Of a stretch of DNA of 64,000 nucleotides, positions 17,765-27,411 are shown piece by piece. Numbering within the stretch: position 1 is the stretch's first letter; each line of letters begins with the position of its first letter. This stretch comes from Flavobacteriales bacterium UBA958 (GTDB lineage: Bacteria > Bacteroidota > Bacteroidia > Flavobacteriales_D > Crocinitomicaceae): assembly GCA_002293045.1 (NCBI GenBank), contig DBCM01000070.1, positions 14,139-78,138 of the forward strand. The letters are read 5' to 3'. The notes below the pieces were generated by a model. That model ran no database searches. It was given only the letters and a program-made list of their open reading frames with translations, and had not been told where the DNA came from. The translations under genes were made by a program, and so were the position numbers.

Positions 17765-18400
17765 TTATCGTTTAAACCATCCTCGGTACTTTCCATTTTG
17801 TATCGGGAGGGAGTCAATTAAACTTGTTTGAGGATTTAAACTGTATACGTAGCACGAGAAATTACATTCAAAAAACGAATAATCTCCGGTGCCGTCGGAT
17901 TGCTGTTTGATGTTCGTAAACGCGACCGCCTGTGGAACAGGATTGTTTTGTTTTGATAACCAAATACGTGACGTGTTATCGGTGTAGGCTACTTCAAACC
18001 CTGCGATTGCACCGTTCGAATAGGAAGGCGCAGTAACAGACGAATTGGTATGAAAATCATTGAACATGGATAAGCTTGGCTCTGTGTTGGCTGCTAAATC
18101 CCAGTTTAATGCACCAAGTTTGATTCGAAGGCTCACTGGATTTGATGGGGAGTACATTTCAAACATATAAACTCTTCGAGATGGCAAAGGTGAAGGTTGA
18201 ACGAAGGACTCTGAAGAGGTATTTCCTAGATAACTGTTTACATTTTGTGTGAATTCCACTTGAGTACCGTTAACATAACCAGTAAAACTTCCATCTAAAT
18301 TAACGGTATTGGTTGGCGGCGGTACTACTTCATGCTCTATACAAGAACTTACACTAAATAATACAATCAATAAAGAAAGTGATATAGAAAAAATTTTCAT
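17765..18400 (-). CDS. hypothetical lipoprotein
   Basis: 211 aa with signal/lipobox LFSVSSC. No family recognised. A TACATTTG -7 box lies about 16 nt upstream on the minus strand. Confidence 0.55.
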   Translation of the reverse strand: MKIFSISLSLLIVLFSVSSCIEHEVVPPPTNTVNLDGSFTGYVNGTQVEFTQNVNSYLGNTSSESFVQPSPLPSRRVYMFEMYSPSNPVSLRIKLGALNWDLAANTEPSLSMFNDFHTNSSVTAPSYSNGAIAGFEVAYTDNTSRIWLSKQNNPVPQAVAFTNIKQQSDGTGDYSFFECNFSCYVYSLNPQTSLIDSLPIQNGKYRGWFKR

Positions 18401-18558
18401 CTTTTAAATTTTGGTATCAAATGTAACGAATAACGAGAAATAAAACAAAAAGATGCGTCATCCTTAAAAAAAGGTTCATATTCCGCGGTTAGAGACTCGT
18501 TTAACTCAATGCACCAATGATTTTCAATGGATGTTTTTTTACCTTTGAGCACAAATTC

Positions 18559-18716
18559 GGCTCCGTAGTCATGACGAGGCAATGCCGGTCATGGTGCTGA
18601 CATTTATCGTCAGCATTCAATGGAGTATTGTTTTATTGGCTCCGTAGCCATGACGAGGCAATGCCGGTCATGGTGCTGACATTTATCGTCAGCATTCAAT
18701 GGAGTATTGTTTTATT
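18559..18716 (+). repeat. two tandem 79-bp units, each a 5-prime fragment of the adjacent tRNA-Arg interrupted by a 47-nt double-hairpin insert
   Basis: The units start at 18559 and 18638 and differ at 1 position (t/c at unit position 11). Each begins GGCTCCGTAG (tRNA nt 1-10). Next come CATGACgaGGCaatGCCgGTCATG and TGCTGACatttatcGTCAGCA hairpins, then TTCAATGGA (tRNA nt 11-19), then a T-rich tail. The third period is the intact tRNA. Confidence 0.85.
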
Positions 18717-18788
18717 GGCTCCGTAGTTCAATGGATAGAATAGAAGTTTCCTAAACTTTAGATATGGGTTCGATTCCCGTCGGAGCTG
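18717..18788 (+). tRNA. tRNA-Arg (anticodon CCU)
   Basis: Hand-folded cloverleaf: acceptor GGCTCCG/CGGAGCT, D-arm GTTC/GAAT, anticodon stem GAAGT/ACTTT with loop TTCCTAA (anticodon CCT), T-arm ATGGG-TTCGATT-CCCGT, discriminator G. No encoded CCA. Confidence 0.85.
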
Positions 18789-18811
18789 CAAATACAACGA
18801 GGGGCGGCTTA

Positions 18812-21652
18812 CTATTCTTTAATGAGTAATTGCCGAACACTTCCTGAAGCAAGGGTACAATTTACCATGTAAATCCCCGCACTGAAGGCACTTAAATCCA
18901 AAGTCATCGAAGTGCTTTGCACCTTAACTTCATGCAATAATTTTCCGGAACAATCCAACAACTGAATGGTGGAACCTGCACTTATTCCTGTAATCATTAC
19001 TTCACCATTGGTAGGATTGGGATAAATCAACACATTACTTATGTTTTGATTCAACAGGTTCGCGCAATCATCCACCTGAATGCTGAGGGTATCCATACCG
19101 ACACATCCGTTTGGATCTGTAATGGAAGCGGTAATAACAAAACTACCTACGCCCGCAACCGTTGGATCAAATGCCCCGTTGCTTACTCCTGTTCCGGAAA
19201 GTGTCGCATTGGCTGTAGCGGTTAATGCTACCACGCCATCCGTTAAACACACTTCGTTGTCCGAGGCACTTAACGTTACTTGAGGGGTGGTCAAAACCAC
19301 AATAGTATCCGTAAAAGAAGTGGATCCCGCTGCATTTGATGCGGTAAGAGCAATTATGTAGGTTCCTGCATTCGCATAAGCGTGTATTGGATTTTCTACC
19401 GATGCGCTTGAGCCATCCCCAAAATCCCAAGCCCAAGTAGACGGGTTATTTGATGACCCATCTGAAAATAAAACGGCTTCACCCGTACACGTGGCATTTG
19501 TTGACGTGGTAAACGAAGCGACTGGCGCAACCGGTGGCGCATTTACATTATAGAGGATTTCAAAATCATCAAAATAATAACCATCCGCTACAGTTCCACC
19601 ATCTGAACCGAGTTTAAACCTAAATTTAATCACTTGTCCCAAGTAATCACTCAGGTTGATTTCTTCCAATACCCAAGCACTTTGTACCCCTTCATATACA
19701 GGCTGATTGTTCGGCTGAACACTTCCATTCGCATTTGTTCCAGTTACGGTATAATTACCACACTGAGGAATCCATGTAGTTCCGTTATCTGTAGAAACCA
19801 AGAACTGAACGTAATCGTAATCCGCTTCAATGTTCCACTTCGCATAAAATCGCACCATCGCACTAGAAGCGTTGGTTAAATCTACGGCTGGCACATAGGT
19901 ATACGTTCTATTGGCATTGTTGCTGTAATTACCCGTAGGAGAATCAGTAAACGAGCGCGTTGGAGATACAAAAGTAGATGTTGTGGTGCTCCAGTTTCCT
20001 GTCCAATTTGCCGCAGAAGTAGCATTTTCTACCACTTGTGAAGTCAAGGCCCCAAAGGTTTTATAAATGGTATCTCTTTTAATCCATAGGCCGTTATTGG
20101 TTTCAAGTACATAAATTATTTGATCTCCAAATTGGATGCTTGGGTTTAATGAATAACTGATGGATCCCGTTGATGTTTGCTGCTGTGCTAAGGAATAAGT
20201 AACTGCCGTTCCAACACTCACAATATTCTGAATGGGTGAAATAGATACCGTAACCGGTCCCGACTCCCTCCCTAGGCGCTTTATGCTGTGATTAAAATTA
20301 CCGTTGATGGTGGCAATCATGTTTGGGTCGGAATCCGTTGTAGTGGCATAAACTCGAGCTAAATGGGCTAATACCAGGTTTGGAAAGAGCATTTCAGCAC
20401 AGGTAGGAATGATTTGATTGGATGGTTGCCAAAATGCGGTGCCCACCTCTGGGGTATGCACAAATATGGTGTCTTTTTGACCCACACCAATATCCACTTT
20501 ATACATGTAATCATCAGAGTCTCCGGAGGCTGGATACAATCCACTACTTTTCATCGCAGTGTAGCCATTATATTGCACCTGATGGTTAGATTCATCTTGA
20601 AACCAGTTGTGGTGTGGCGCAAACTCTGCTGTGGTAGTACCAATCGGAAAGAGGATATCTTCGGCATAGGTATGTGCATTGAATGCGGTAATAAAATCAT
20701 TATTTTGAACCAACCAACGCATGGCTTGAGTTTCAGGTTCTGAGAACGCTGAGGGGCCACAATAGGTATCGTTACTTGTGTTATTGCTCGTTCCGGTGGT
20801 TCCCCATCCATAGGAATAATTACGATTGAGGTCCACGCCATAGACCCCACCGCCATTATTTCGGCGATTTTTTCGCCACATGCCACCACCGTTTGGATTG
20901 GTGGTTTCGTTGTACACATATCCATCCGGATTGATGCATGGAACAAAATATAATTGTAGGTGATCTACCAGGTACGTAACCTCATCATTGGTTCCATAAT
21001 TCTCCAATAAATACCACATATAAAAAATAGTTTCCATTAAAGCCATCGGTTCGCGGGCGTGGTGAATTGCCGTATACAGCACTTTTGGTTCACCCTCATC
21101 TACTGTTGGATTATCCGAAATTCTCACATAGTACAAAGGTCTATTTTGATGCGTTAAAAAATTGGAAATTGGAGCCTTAACCGAAATTAACGACGGATAG
21201 GTAGCGGCCATTTCATCTAATTCCGCCAACATTTCATTGTATTTTAAATACCCGCCCATGGTTCCTAGGTTGAAATGAGTCGGTGTTACTGGATTTACGT
21301 GCGGATTTGTTGCACTCGCTCCAGGGCCATCGCAGGTTGGATTGTGGTTGTTTGTACTTGTGGCAGGTTCGGCTAACATTTGCTCATAATACGTAACAAC
21401 ATCGGGAATTAAAATCTCAATATTGAAATTATTCGCCTGCATAATGCCTATTTCTGCGCTTGAAAAATCCGAAATAAAGTATAATCCTTCTTTGTGAACC
21501 CCATGATCGATGGTGACCCCCTGACTCGAAAGAAATTGCAAGCCTTGCTCGTCTGAATTAATTTTAACACGTGAATATGTGCCTAGTTGCTGTGAAAGGC
21601 CAATAGATATATTAACCAATAAAAGTGCTAAAACCGCAATGAATTGTTTCAT
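18812..21652 (-). CDS. M14 zinc carboxypeptidase with PKD domain and T9SS type A C-terminal sorting domain
   Basis: The start is placed at the M preceding signal peptide MKQFIAVLALLLV. M14 motifs HHAREP...FVPCINPDGY...WRKNRR. PKD signature WAWDFGDGSSAS..NPIHAYANAGTY. C-terminal IYPNPTNGEVMI...GIYMV is a CTD. Confidence 0.85.
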   Translation of the reverse strand: MKQFIAVLALLLVNISIGLSQQLGTYSRVKINSDEQGLQFLSSQGVTIDHGVHKEGLYFISDFSSAEIGIMQANNFNIEILIPDVVTYYEQMLAEPATSTNNHNPTCDGPGASATNPHVNPVTPTHFNLGTMGGYLKYNEMLAELDEMAATYPSLISVKAPISNFLTHQNRPLYYVRISDNPTVDEGEPKVLYTAIHHAREPMALMETIFYMWYLLENYGTNDEVTYLVDHLQLYFVPCINPDGYVYNETTNPNGGGMWRKNRRNNGGGVYGVDLNRNYSYGWGTTGTSNNTSNDTYCGPSAFSEPETQAMRWLVQNNDFITAFNAHTYAEDILFPIGTTTAEFAPHHNWFQDESNHQVQYNGYTAMKSSGLYPASGDSDDYMYKVDIGVGQKDTIFVHTPEVGTAFWQPSNQIIPTCAEMLFPNLVLAHLARVYATTTDSDPNMIATINGNFNHSIKRLGRESGPVTVSISPIQNIVSVGTAVTYSLAQQQTSTGSISYSLNPSIQFGDQIIYVLETNNGLWIKRDTIYKTFGALTSQVVENATSAANWTGNWSTTTSTFVSPTRSFTDSPTGNYSNNANRTYTYVPAVDLTNASSAMVRFYAKWNIEADYDYVQFLVSTDNGTTWIPQCGNYTVTGTNANGSVQPNNQPVYEGVQSAWVLEEINLSDYLGQVIKFRFKLGSDGGTVADGYYFDDFEILYNVNAPPVAPVASFTTSTNATCTGEAVLFSDGSSNNPSTWAWDFGDGSSASVENPIHAYANAGTYIIALTASNAAGSTSFTDTIVVLTTPQVTLSASDNEVCLTDGVVALTATANATLSGTGVSNGAFDPTVAGVGSFVITASITDPNGCVGMDTLSIQVDDCANLLNQNISNVLIYPNPTNGEVMITGISAGSTIQLLDCSGKLLHEVKVQSTSMTLDLSAFSAGIYMVNCTLASGSVRQLLIKE

Positions 21653-21768
21653 TTGAAAAATTTGAGGGTAAAAATACACTTTATACCCATTAAAAAAAAG
21701 CAATAAAGCAACCATAAAACAGCCTTTGCAGTATTATAAATTAACCGCGCTTGCGTAATTTAGCCACC

Positions 21769-24700
21769 ATGAGATTTTTCCTGCTTCTTGGGGTTCAGTG
21801 TTTTGTACTTAGTCTTTTTGGTCAAGCCATATGGATGACACCAAATGAGGGACAATGGGTAGATTCCATTGATTTTACCATTCCCGTGAATCAGGGGCGT
21901 ATTCACGTGGGCCAACAGGGCATGAACTTTTACATGTATGAACTGCCCTCCCATGAGGAGCATCAGACCAACCCAACGCTTAAAACACATTCTATTCATC
22001 AACGGTTCCTTGGTGTTACCACTCATGAGCTTCAATACAACGGAAAGCGGTCATCACACTATTCTAATTACTTTATTGGTTCGGATCAATCCAAATGGGT
22101 GAGTGAAATTCACGATGTAAGCCAAGCGGAATACACGTCTTTCTACAGCGGCATAGACCTATTCTATTCCACGCAAAGCGAACAACTTGAATATGGATTT
22201 AAACTGCATGCAGATGCCAATCCTTCGGACATTCAATTTATCATTGAGGGCGCATCCCACGTTTCAATCAATAACAAACATGAACTGGTCATTACACACC
22301 GCTTTGGCGAAATCATTGAAAGCGCCCCGAAGGCTTGGAGCTACTTAAACGGCGTGAAAAAACCCATAGCCATTTCATATAAACTCGATGGGAATGTGTG
22401 TGGGTTCAATTTTTCAAATCTTAACGCCTCTTTTGATTCCTTACTCATTGACCCGAGCTTAACATTTTCTACGTTTTCCGGATCGAGTGCAGATAACTGG
22501 GGCTTTACTGCCACCCCAGATGCGGCGGGTAATTTATACGGTGCAGGCATCGTTTTCGGATACGGATATCCTACCACCCCTGGAGCTTATGACATTACGT
22601 ACAATAACGGAGCAGGTGCCATGCCTTTTGATATCGGGATCACAAAATTTAATCCTTCCGGAACCAACCTACTCTACTCCATCTATTTTGGCGGGGCAGG
22701 TAATGAAACACCCCACAGCATCGTTTGTGGTCCGACCGGTGAACTTTACGTATACGGTGTAACGTGCTCCTCAAATTTTCCAACCACCCCCGGGGCGTAT
22801 GATGCCACGTATAATGGCGGTCCATCCGTCACAGAAAACTCGCTCACTTTTGATGGCAGTGATATTTTTATTTCAAGGTTTAGCACCAACGGCGCGAATT
22901 TAATCGCCTCTACCTACCTTGGTGGAAGTAACTCGGATGGATTAAACCTGAACAACTTACACTATAACTATGGGGACCAATTCCGTGGGGAAATAATTCT
23001 TGACGCCAGCGGCAATGTGTACATTTCTAGCACCACCGCATCCAATAATTTTCCGACCACGGGCGGCGCATTTTCTACTGTGCTTAACGGACTTCAAGAT
23101 GCAGTGGTTTGCAAACTCTCGAATAACCTAAATTCCTTACTGTGGAGTTCCTTTTTCGGTGGGATTGGAGAAGACAGTGGGAATTCTATTGAAATCAGTC
23201 CTAACGGAAGCGTTTACTTAGCCGGTGGATCTAATTCGCCAACCTTTCCCGGCGTATCGTCTGGAAATGACCTATCAAATAACGGTGGACTTTCCGACGG
23301 CTATGTGGCGCGATTTAATCCTGGAAATGGAAGTGTAATTTCAGCCACGTTTATGGGGGCCAATGAATACGACCAAACCTATTTTGTGCGCTGCGACCCC
23401 GCTAATCAGGTGTATGTGTATGGCCAAACGGAATCCAACTGGCAAATTTCACCGGGGTGTGTTGGCACACCCAATTCTGGACAATTTCTTCGCAAATACG
23501 ATACCGGATTAGGAGCAATACAATGGTCGACGGTATTTGGCGCTGGATCTGGGCACGTAGAGATTTCACCCACGGCCTTCCTTGTATCAGATTGTTATGA
23601 AATATATGTTTCGGGTTGGGGGGGGGAATTAAATGCGAATAGTGCGGTCTCACAGGCTTTATTCTCCTCTACAAATGGATTTGTAACTACACCCAACGCC
23701 TTTCAAAGCAACACCAACGGTTCAAATTTCTATCTGGCGGTTTTCGCGCCTGATGCGTCCCTATTAAATTATGGGACCTACATGGGAGGGCTCACCAGCA
23801 GTTCAAACCATGTGGATGGAGGAACCAGTCGTTTTGATAAAAAAGGGCGGATTTACCATGCGGTTTGTGGTGCGTGTGGCGGCAATAATTTTGGATTCAC
23901 CTCAACCCCCGGAAGTTGGTCGCCCCAAAACCCAAGTCCGAATTGTAATATGGCCGTATTCAAATTCGATTTGAGCACCCTAGACGCAATATTAGCTCAA
24001 CCGTCTCCGCTCATTTGTATTCCACAACCTGTGGTCTTTAATAACAACAGTGTTAATGGAAATACCTATTCGTGGGATTTTGGAGATAATTCCACCTCAA
24101 CCCAGGTTCAACCGAGTCATCAATACAATGCCGCAGGCGTATATACTGTCACCTTGATTGTGTCTGATTCTGCCAATTGTTATGAACCAGATACGGCGAT
24201 TATTCAAGTGAATATTGGGGATTTTCAAGGAGGGGTAACGATTCCTTCGCAAGCGGTATGCCCAGGGACACCGTTTCAACTCGATGCATTTGGAGGATCT
24301 ACCTACGCTTGGACCCCGGCCAATGCCTTAAGTAACCCATCCATTCCAAATCCCCTAGCAACAATAACTTCTAATACGGTTTTCACGGTAATCATAAGTG
24401 ACAGTTGCGGTTCAGATACCCTGCAAGTGCCTCTCAATGTAGTTCCACTGAACCTCAGCTTATCCAACGACACTTCGATTTGTATTGGTGGGCAAGTTCC
24501 CTTATCGGCGAGTGGCGCGGGTACCGTTACCTGGTCCCCGAATCAGTTCTTGAACAACAACAGTGGGGCAAATGTAATCGCCACTCCTGATTCTAGCATT
24601 ACCTATGTTGCAACCCTCACCACGCCTGAGGGATGCTCTACCACAGACAGCGTGCGCATTAATGTCTTTTATGACCCCCCCAGTTCTAATCTGCCTGACA

Positions 24701-25629
24701 CCTTAATTTTATGTCAAGGAGCATCAACATCCATTACCGCAGCAGGTGCAAGTACCTACTTGTGGTCCCCCAACCAATATATATCAGCTGTAAATCAAGC
24801 AACGGTGACCGTTTGGCCCACGCAAGAAATGTATTATTTCTGTGAGTTCACCAATGCCTGTGGCACAATCACAGATAGTGTATATATTGATATTCTAACG
24901 GCATCGATTAGCGCTGGAAACGATACCATTATTTGTCCGCGCGAGACGGCTTATCTTTGGGCCAATGGTGGCTTATATTATCAATGGTCTCCGGCTTATG
25001 CAATCCTGGAACAAACCGGAAATCAAGTTTGGGTAAGTCCAAACACCTCTACTAATTTTCAAGTAGTGGGAACGGACATCAACGGCTGCAAGGATACAGC
25101 CTATGTGGAAGTTGTGTTACATCCACTACCTACGATTACCATTTCTCCTGACATTCAGGCATTTTACGGTGACTTAGTAGCATTAAATGCCATTGGAAAT
25201 AGCCCAGGCGCCTATGTGTGGAGTCCGCCTGAGTTTTTATCGTGTATTAATTGTCCGGATCCTATTGCAAATCCAGATATGGACTATACCTACATGGTGA
25301 CCTTTACCGATTTGAACGGATGTATTGCGGATGCCATGGTATCCATTAGTTATGAAGCGGTAATCTATGTTCCAAATACCTTTATTCCGGATGGAAATGG
25401 CAGAAACGACTTCTTTGGTGTGTACGGCGGCAACATCAAAACCATGGAAATGCTCATTTTTAATCGATGGGGTGAATTAATCAAAACCTTGAATAGCCTA
25501 TCTGATCAGTGGGATGGAACCTACGATGGTCAGCGTTGTCCAGATGGCGTATATACCTGGAAATTGACCTACACAGACAAGCAAGAACGTAAATACGGCC
25601 TTGAAGGACATGTAGTACTTATCCGATAA
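21769..25629 (+). CDS. large secreted adhesin-like protein (beta-propeller repeats, PKD) with T9SS type B (gliding-motility-associated) C-terminal domain
   Basis: ATG at 21769 gives signal peptide MRFFLLLGVQCFVLSLFGQ (the track starts at a TTG at 21751). Repeated SSNFPTTPGAYD / SNNFPTTGGAF motifs. PKD YSWDFGDNSTS. C-terminal VPNTFIPDGNGRNDFF...IFNRWGELI...WDGTYDG...GVYTWKL...GHVVLIR matches the type B sorting domain. Confidence 0.85.
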   Translation: MRFFLLLGVQCFVLSLFGQAIWMTPNEGQWVDSIDFTIPVNQGRIHVGQQGMNFYMYELPSHEEHQTNPTLKTHSIHQRFLGVTTHELQYNGKRSSHYSNYFIGSDQSKWVSEIHDVSQAEYTSFYSGIDLFYSTQSEQLEYGFKLHADANPSDIQFIIEGASHVSINNKHELVITHRFGEIIESAPKAWSYLNGVKKPIAISYKLDGNVCGFNFSNLNASFDSLLIDPSLTFSTFSGSSADNWGFTATPDAAGNLYGAGIVFGYGYPTTPGAYDITYNNGAGAMPFDIGITKFNPSGTNLLYSIYFGGAGNETPHSIVCGPTGELYVYGVTCSSNFPTTPGAYDATYNGGPSVTENSLTFDGSDIFISRFSTNGANLIASTYLGGSNSDGLNLNNLHYNYGDQFRGEIILDASGNVYISSTTASNNFPTTGGAFSTVLNGLQDAVVCKLSNNLNSLLWSSFFGGIGEDSGNSIEISPNGSVYLAGGSNSPTFPGVSSGNDLSNNGGLSDGYVARFNPGNGSVISATFMGANEYDQTYFVRCDPANQVYVYGQTESNWQISPGCVGTPNSGQFLRKYDTGLGAIQWSTVFGAGSGHVEISPTAFLVSDCYEIYVSGWGGELNANSAVSQALFSSTNGFVTTPNAFQSNTNGSNFYLAVFAPDASLLNYGTYMGGLTSSSNHVDGGTSRFDKKGRIYHAVCGACGGNNFGFTSTPGSWSPQNPSPNCNMAVFKFDLSTLDAILAQPSPLICIPQPVVFNNNSVNGNTYSWDFGDNSTSTQVQPSHQYNAAGVYTVTLIVSDSANCYEPDTAIIQVNIGDFQGGVTIPSQAVCPGTPFQLDAFGGSTYAWTPANALSNPSIPNPLATITSNTVFTVIISDSCGSDTLQVPLNVVPLNLSLSNDTSICIGGQVPLSASGAGTVTWSPNQFLNNNSGANVIATPDSSITYVATLTTPEGCSTTDSVRINVFYDPPSSNLPDTLILCQGASTSITAAGASTYLWSPNQYISAVNQATVTVWPTQEMYYFCEFTNACGTITDSVYIDILTASISAGNDTIICPRETAYLWANGGLYYQWSPAYAILEQTGNQVWVSPNTSTNFQVVGTDINGCKDTAYVEVVLHPLPTITISPDIQAFYGDLVALNAIGNSPGAYVWSPPEFLSCINCPDPIANPDMDYTYMVTFTDLNGCIADAMVSISYEAVIYVPNTFIPDGNGRNDFFGVYGGNIKTMEMLIFNRWGELIKTLNSLSDQWDGTYDGQRCPDGVYTWKLTYTDKQERKYGLEGHVVLIR
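23618..23626 (+). repeat. G9 homopolymer inside the adhesin CDS
   Basis: tgG GGG GGG Gaa encodes W-G-G-E. The run length is confirmed independently by the antisense ORF in the track (IPPPN). Confidence 0.9.
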
Positions 25630-25642
25630 GCGCGGGAATTAC

Positions 25643-25650
25643 TACCTTTG
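25643..25650 (+). promoter_or_regulatory. -7 promoter box TACCTTTG, 4 nt upstream of the ATG
   Basis: actacctttgt is an 11-mer identical to the one at 36041-36051. It matches the Bacteroidota TAnnTTTG consensus. Confidence 0.4.
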
Positions 25651-25654
25651 TAGT

Positions 25655-26302
25655 ATGCATGTGCAGGTACACTCATTCACGTTCAATGGATTTCAGGAAA
25701 ACACGGTGGTGCTCTCGGATGAGCAAGGACATGCGGTAATTATTGATCCCGGATGTTATGAAGCGCATGAGCGACAGGAACTTCTGCATTACATTGATTC
25801 ATCGAATCTACGGGTTGAAGGCTTGCTAAATACGCATTGTCACATTGACCACGTACTGGGAAATCACTTTATATCAGAAACCTACCAGGTTCCGTTGGGG
25901 ATTCACTCCTTGGATTTAGACACCTTAAATCGCGTAGCCGACTATGCGCATGTATATGGTTTCGAAGGATACGTGCCCTCGCCTGCCCCAAGTTACTGGC
26001 TGGAACATAAGCAAAAAATACAGTTTGGATCCATCGAACTCACCGTGCTTTTCACCCCGGGGCATGCACCCGGACATGTGGTATTCTATGTAGAAAAGGA
26101 AGGCATTGTCATTAATGGTGATGTGTTGTTTCGTGGAAGCTTTGGGAGAACTGACCTTCCCGGTGGTGATTTAGAAATCTTAAAGCGAAGCATCCATGAG
26201 GTGATGTTTCAACTGCCGAATGATACATTGGTATACTGTGGGCATGGACCAACAACCACAATTGGAGTAGAAAAAGAAACCAATTATATTCTTCAATTTT
26301 AA
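25655..26302 (+). CDS. MBL-fold metallo-hydrolase (glyoxalase II-like)
   Basis: 215 aa. THCHIDH metal motif, TPGHAPGH, and GDVLF..S.GRTDLPGG. Confidence 0.85.
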   Translation: MHVQVHSFTFNGFQENTVVLSDEQGHAVIIDPGCYEAHERQELLHYIDSSNLRVEGLLNTHCHIDHVLGNHFISETYQVPLGIHSLDLDTLNRVADYAHVYGFEGYVPSPAPSYWLEHKQKIQFGSIELTVLFTPGHAPGHVVFYVEKEGIVINGDVLFRGSFGRTDLPGGDLEILKRSIHEVMFQLPNDTLVYCGHGPTTTIGVEKETNYILQF

Positions 26303-27411
26303 TGGTAATCGCAATTAACTGCCGTCACTTAACACCCAAAAAACTCGAAGGATTTGGAACCTACACCTATGCGCTTGTATCTCGTTGGATTACGGAGCAC
26401 AAAGAGGTAAACTTCGTACTTATTTTTGATCGCGAGCCGGCGGTTGTGCTTCCGGAATTACCCCATGTTAAAAAAGTAGTTGTTGGTCCACCGACAAGAC
26501 ACCCTCTTTTATATTGGATTTGGTTTGAATGGTCTATTCCGCGGATATTAAAACAATACCAGGCTACCCTCTTCTTTTCACCGGACGGGTATAATTCCTT
26601 GCGCAGTAACATCCCAAGCGTAATCACCGTGCATGATTTAAACTTTGAGCACAACCCAGCAGACTTACCTAAGGTTATCAGCTGGTATCTTCGAAAATTC
26701 GTTCCAAAATTTGTAGAAAAAGCAACTCGAGTGCTCACGGTATCAGAATATTCTAAGCTGGACATCACAAGGTGCTACACCTGCCCAAGCGAAAAAATTT
26801 CTACGGTTTACAATGGTGCACATGAAATCTATCAGCCCTTATCGGAAGAAGTAATAATCAACACTAGAAAACGCATCAGTAATAATCGCCCCTATTTTTT
26901 ATTTGTTGGGTCTTTGCATCCGCGAAAAAATGTACAGCGTTTAATTACGGCCTATCAAGGCATAAATAATCCGTCGGTGGATCTGGTGATTGTTGGGAGT
27001 GCCATGTGGCGAGATCATCACATTACCGTAGACCCACGTGCTGCGGAACGGATTCATTTCCTGGGGTACTTGGCGCAAAAAGAACTTGCAGAGGTAATGG
27101 GTTCTGCGTTGGCCTTAGCCTATGTTCCGTATTTCGAAGGCTTTGGCATTCCTTTAGTTGAAGCCATGCGATGTGAGATTCCAATCTTGGCAGCAAATAC
27201 TACCTGTTTACCAGAAATCGCTGGGGATGCTGCGATTTATTGCGACCCATTCAATGTTCAAGAGATTCAAAAAGGCTTAGAAGAATTGATAGAAAACCAT
27301 GCGCTGAGGGTACAATTAAGTGAAAACAGTAAAAAGAGAGCCGCAGCATTCAGTTGGGATCTAGCTGCTAAGCAATCATGGGAAGTGATTTACACTACCG
27401 CAAACACTTAA
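26302..27411 (+). CDS. glycosyltransferase family 4 (GT-B fold)
   Basis: 369 aa. C-terminal EGFGIPLVEAM motif. Start overlaps the upstream stop (ATGA-type junction). Confidence 0.8.
   Translation: MVIAINCRHLTPKKLEGFGTYTYALVSRWITEHKEVNFVLIFDREPAVVLPELPHVKKVVVGPPTRHPLLYWIWFEWSIPRILKQYQATLFFSPDGYNSLRSNIPSVITVHDLNFEHNPADLPKVISWYLRKFVPKFVEKATRVLTVSEYSKLDITRCYTCPSEKISTVYNGAHEIYQPLSEEVIINTRKRISNNRPYFLFVGSLHPRKNVQRLITAYQGINNPSVDLVIVGSAMWRDHHITVDPRAAERIHFLGYLAQKELAEVMGSALALAYVPYFEGFGIPLVEAMRCEIPILAANTTCLPEIAGDAAIYCDPFNVQEIQKGLEELIENHALRVQLSENSKKRAAAFSWDLAAKQSWEVIYTTANT

Noticed and set aside
18397-18582. 61-aa minus-strand ORF upstream of the lipoprotein gene.
   Set aside because: It has a TTG start, overlaps the first tRNA-fragment repeat unit and the promoter region of the lipoprotein gene, and has no features of a real protein.
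18559-18716. Could the 79-bp tandem units be a mini CRISPR array?
   Set aside because: There are only two units, directly abutting with no unique spacers. The repeat is far longer than CRISPR repeats, it is homologous to the adjacent tRNA, and no cas genes are present.
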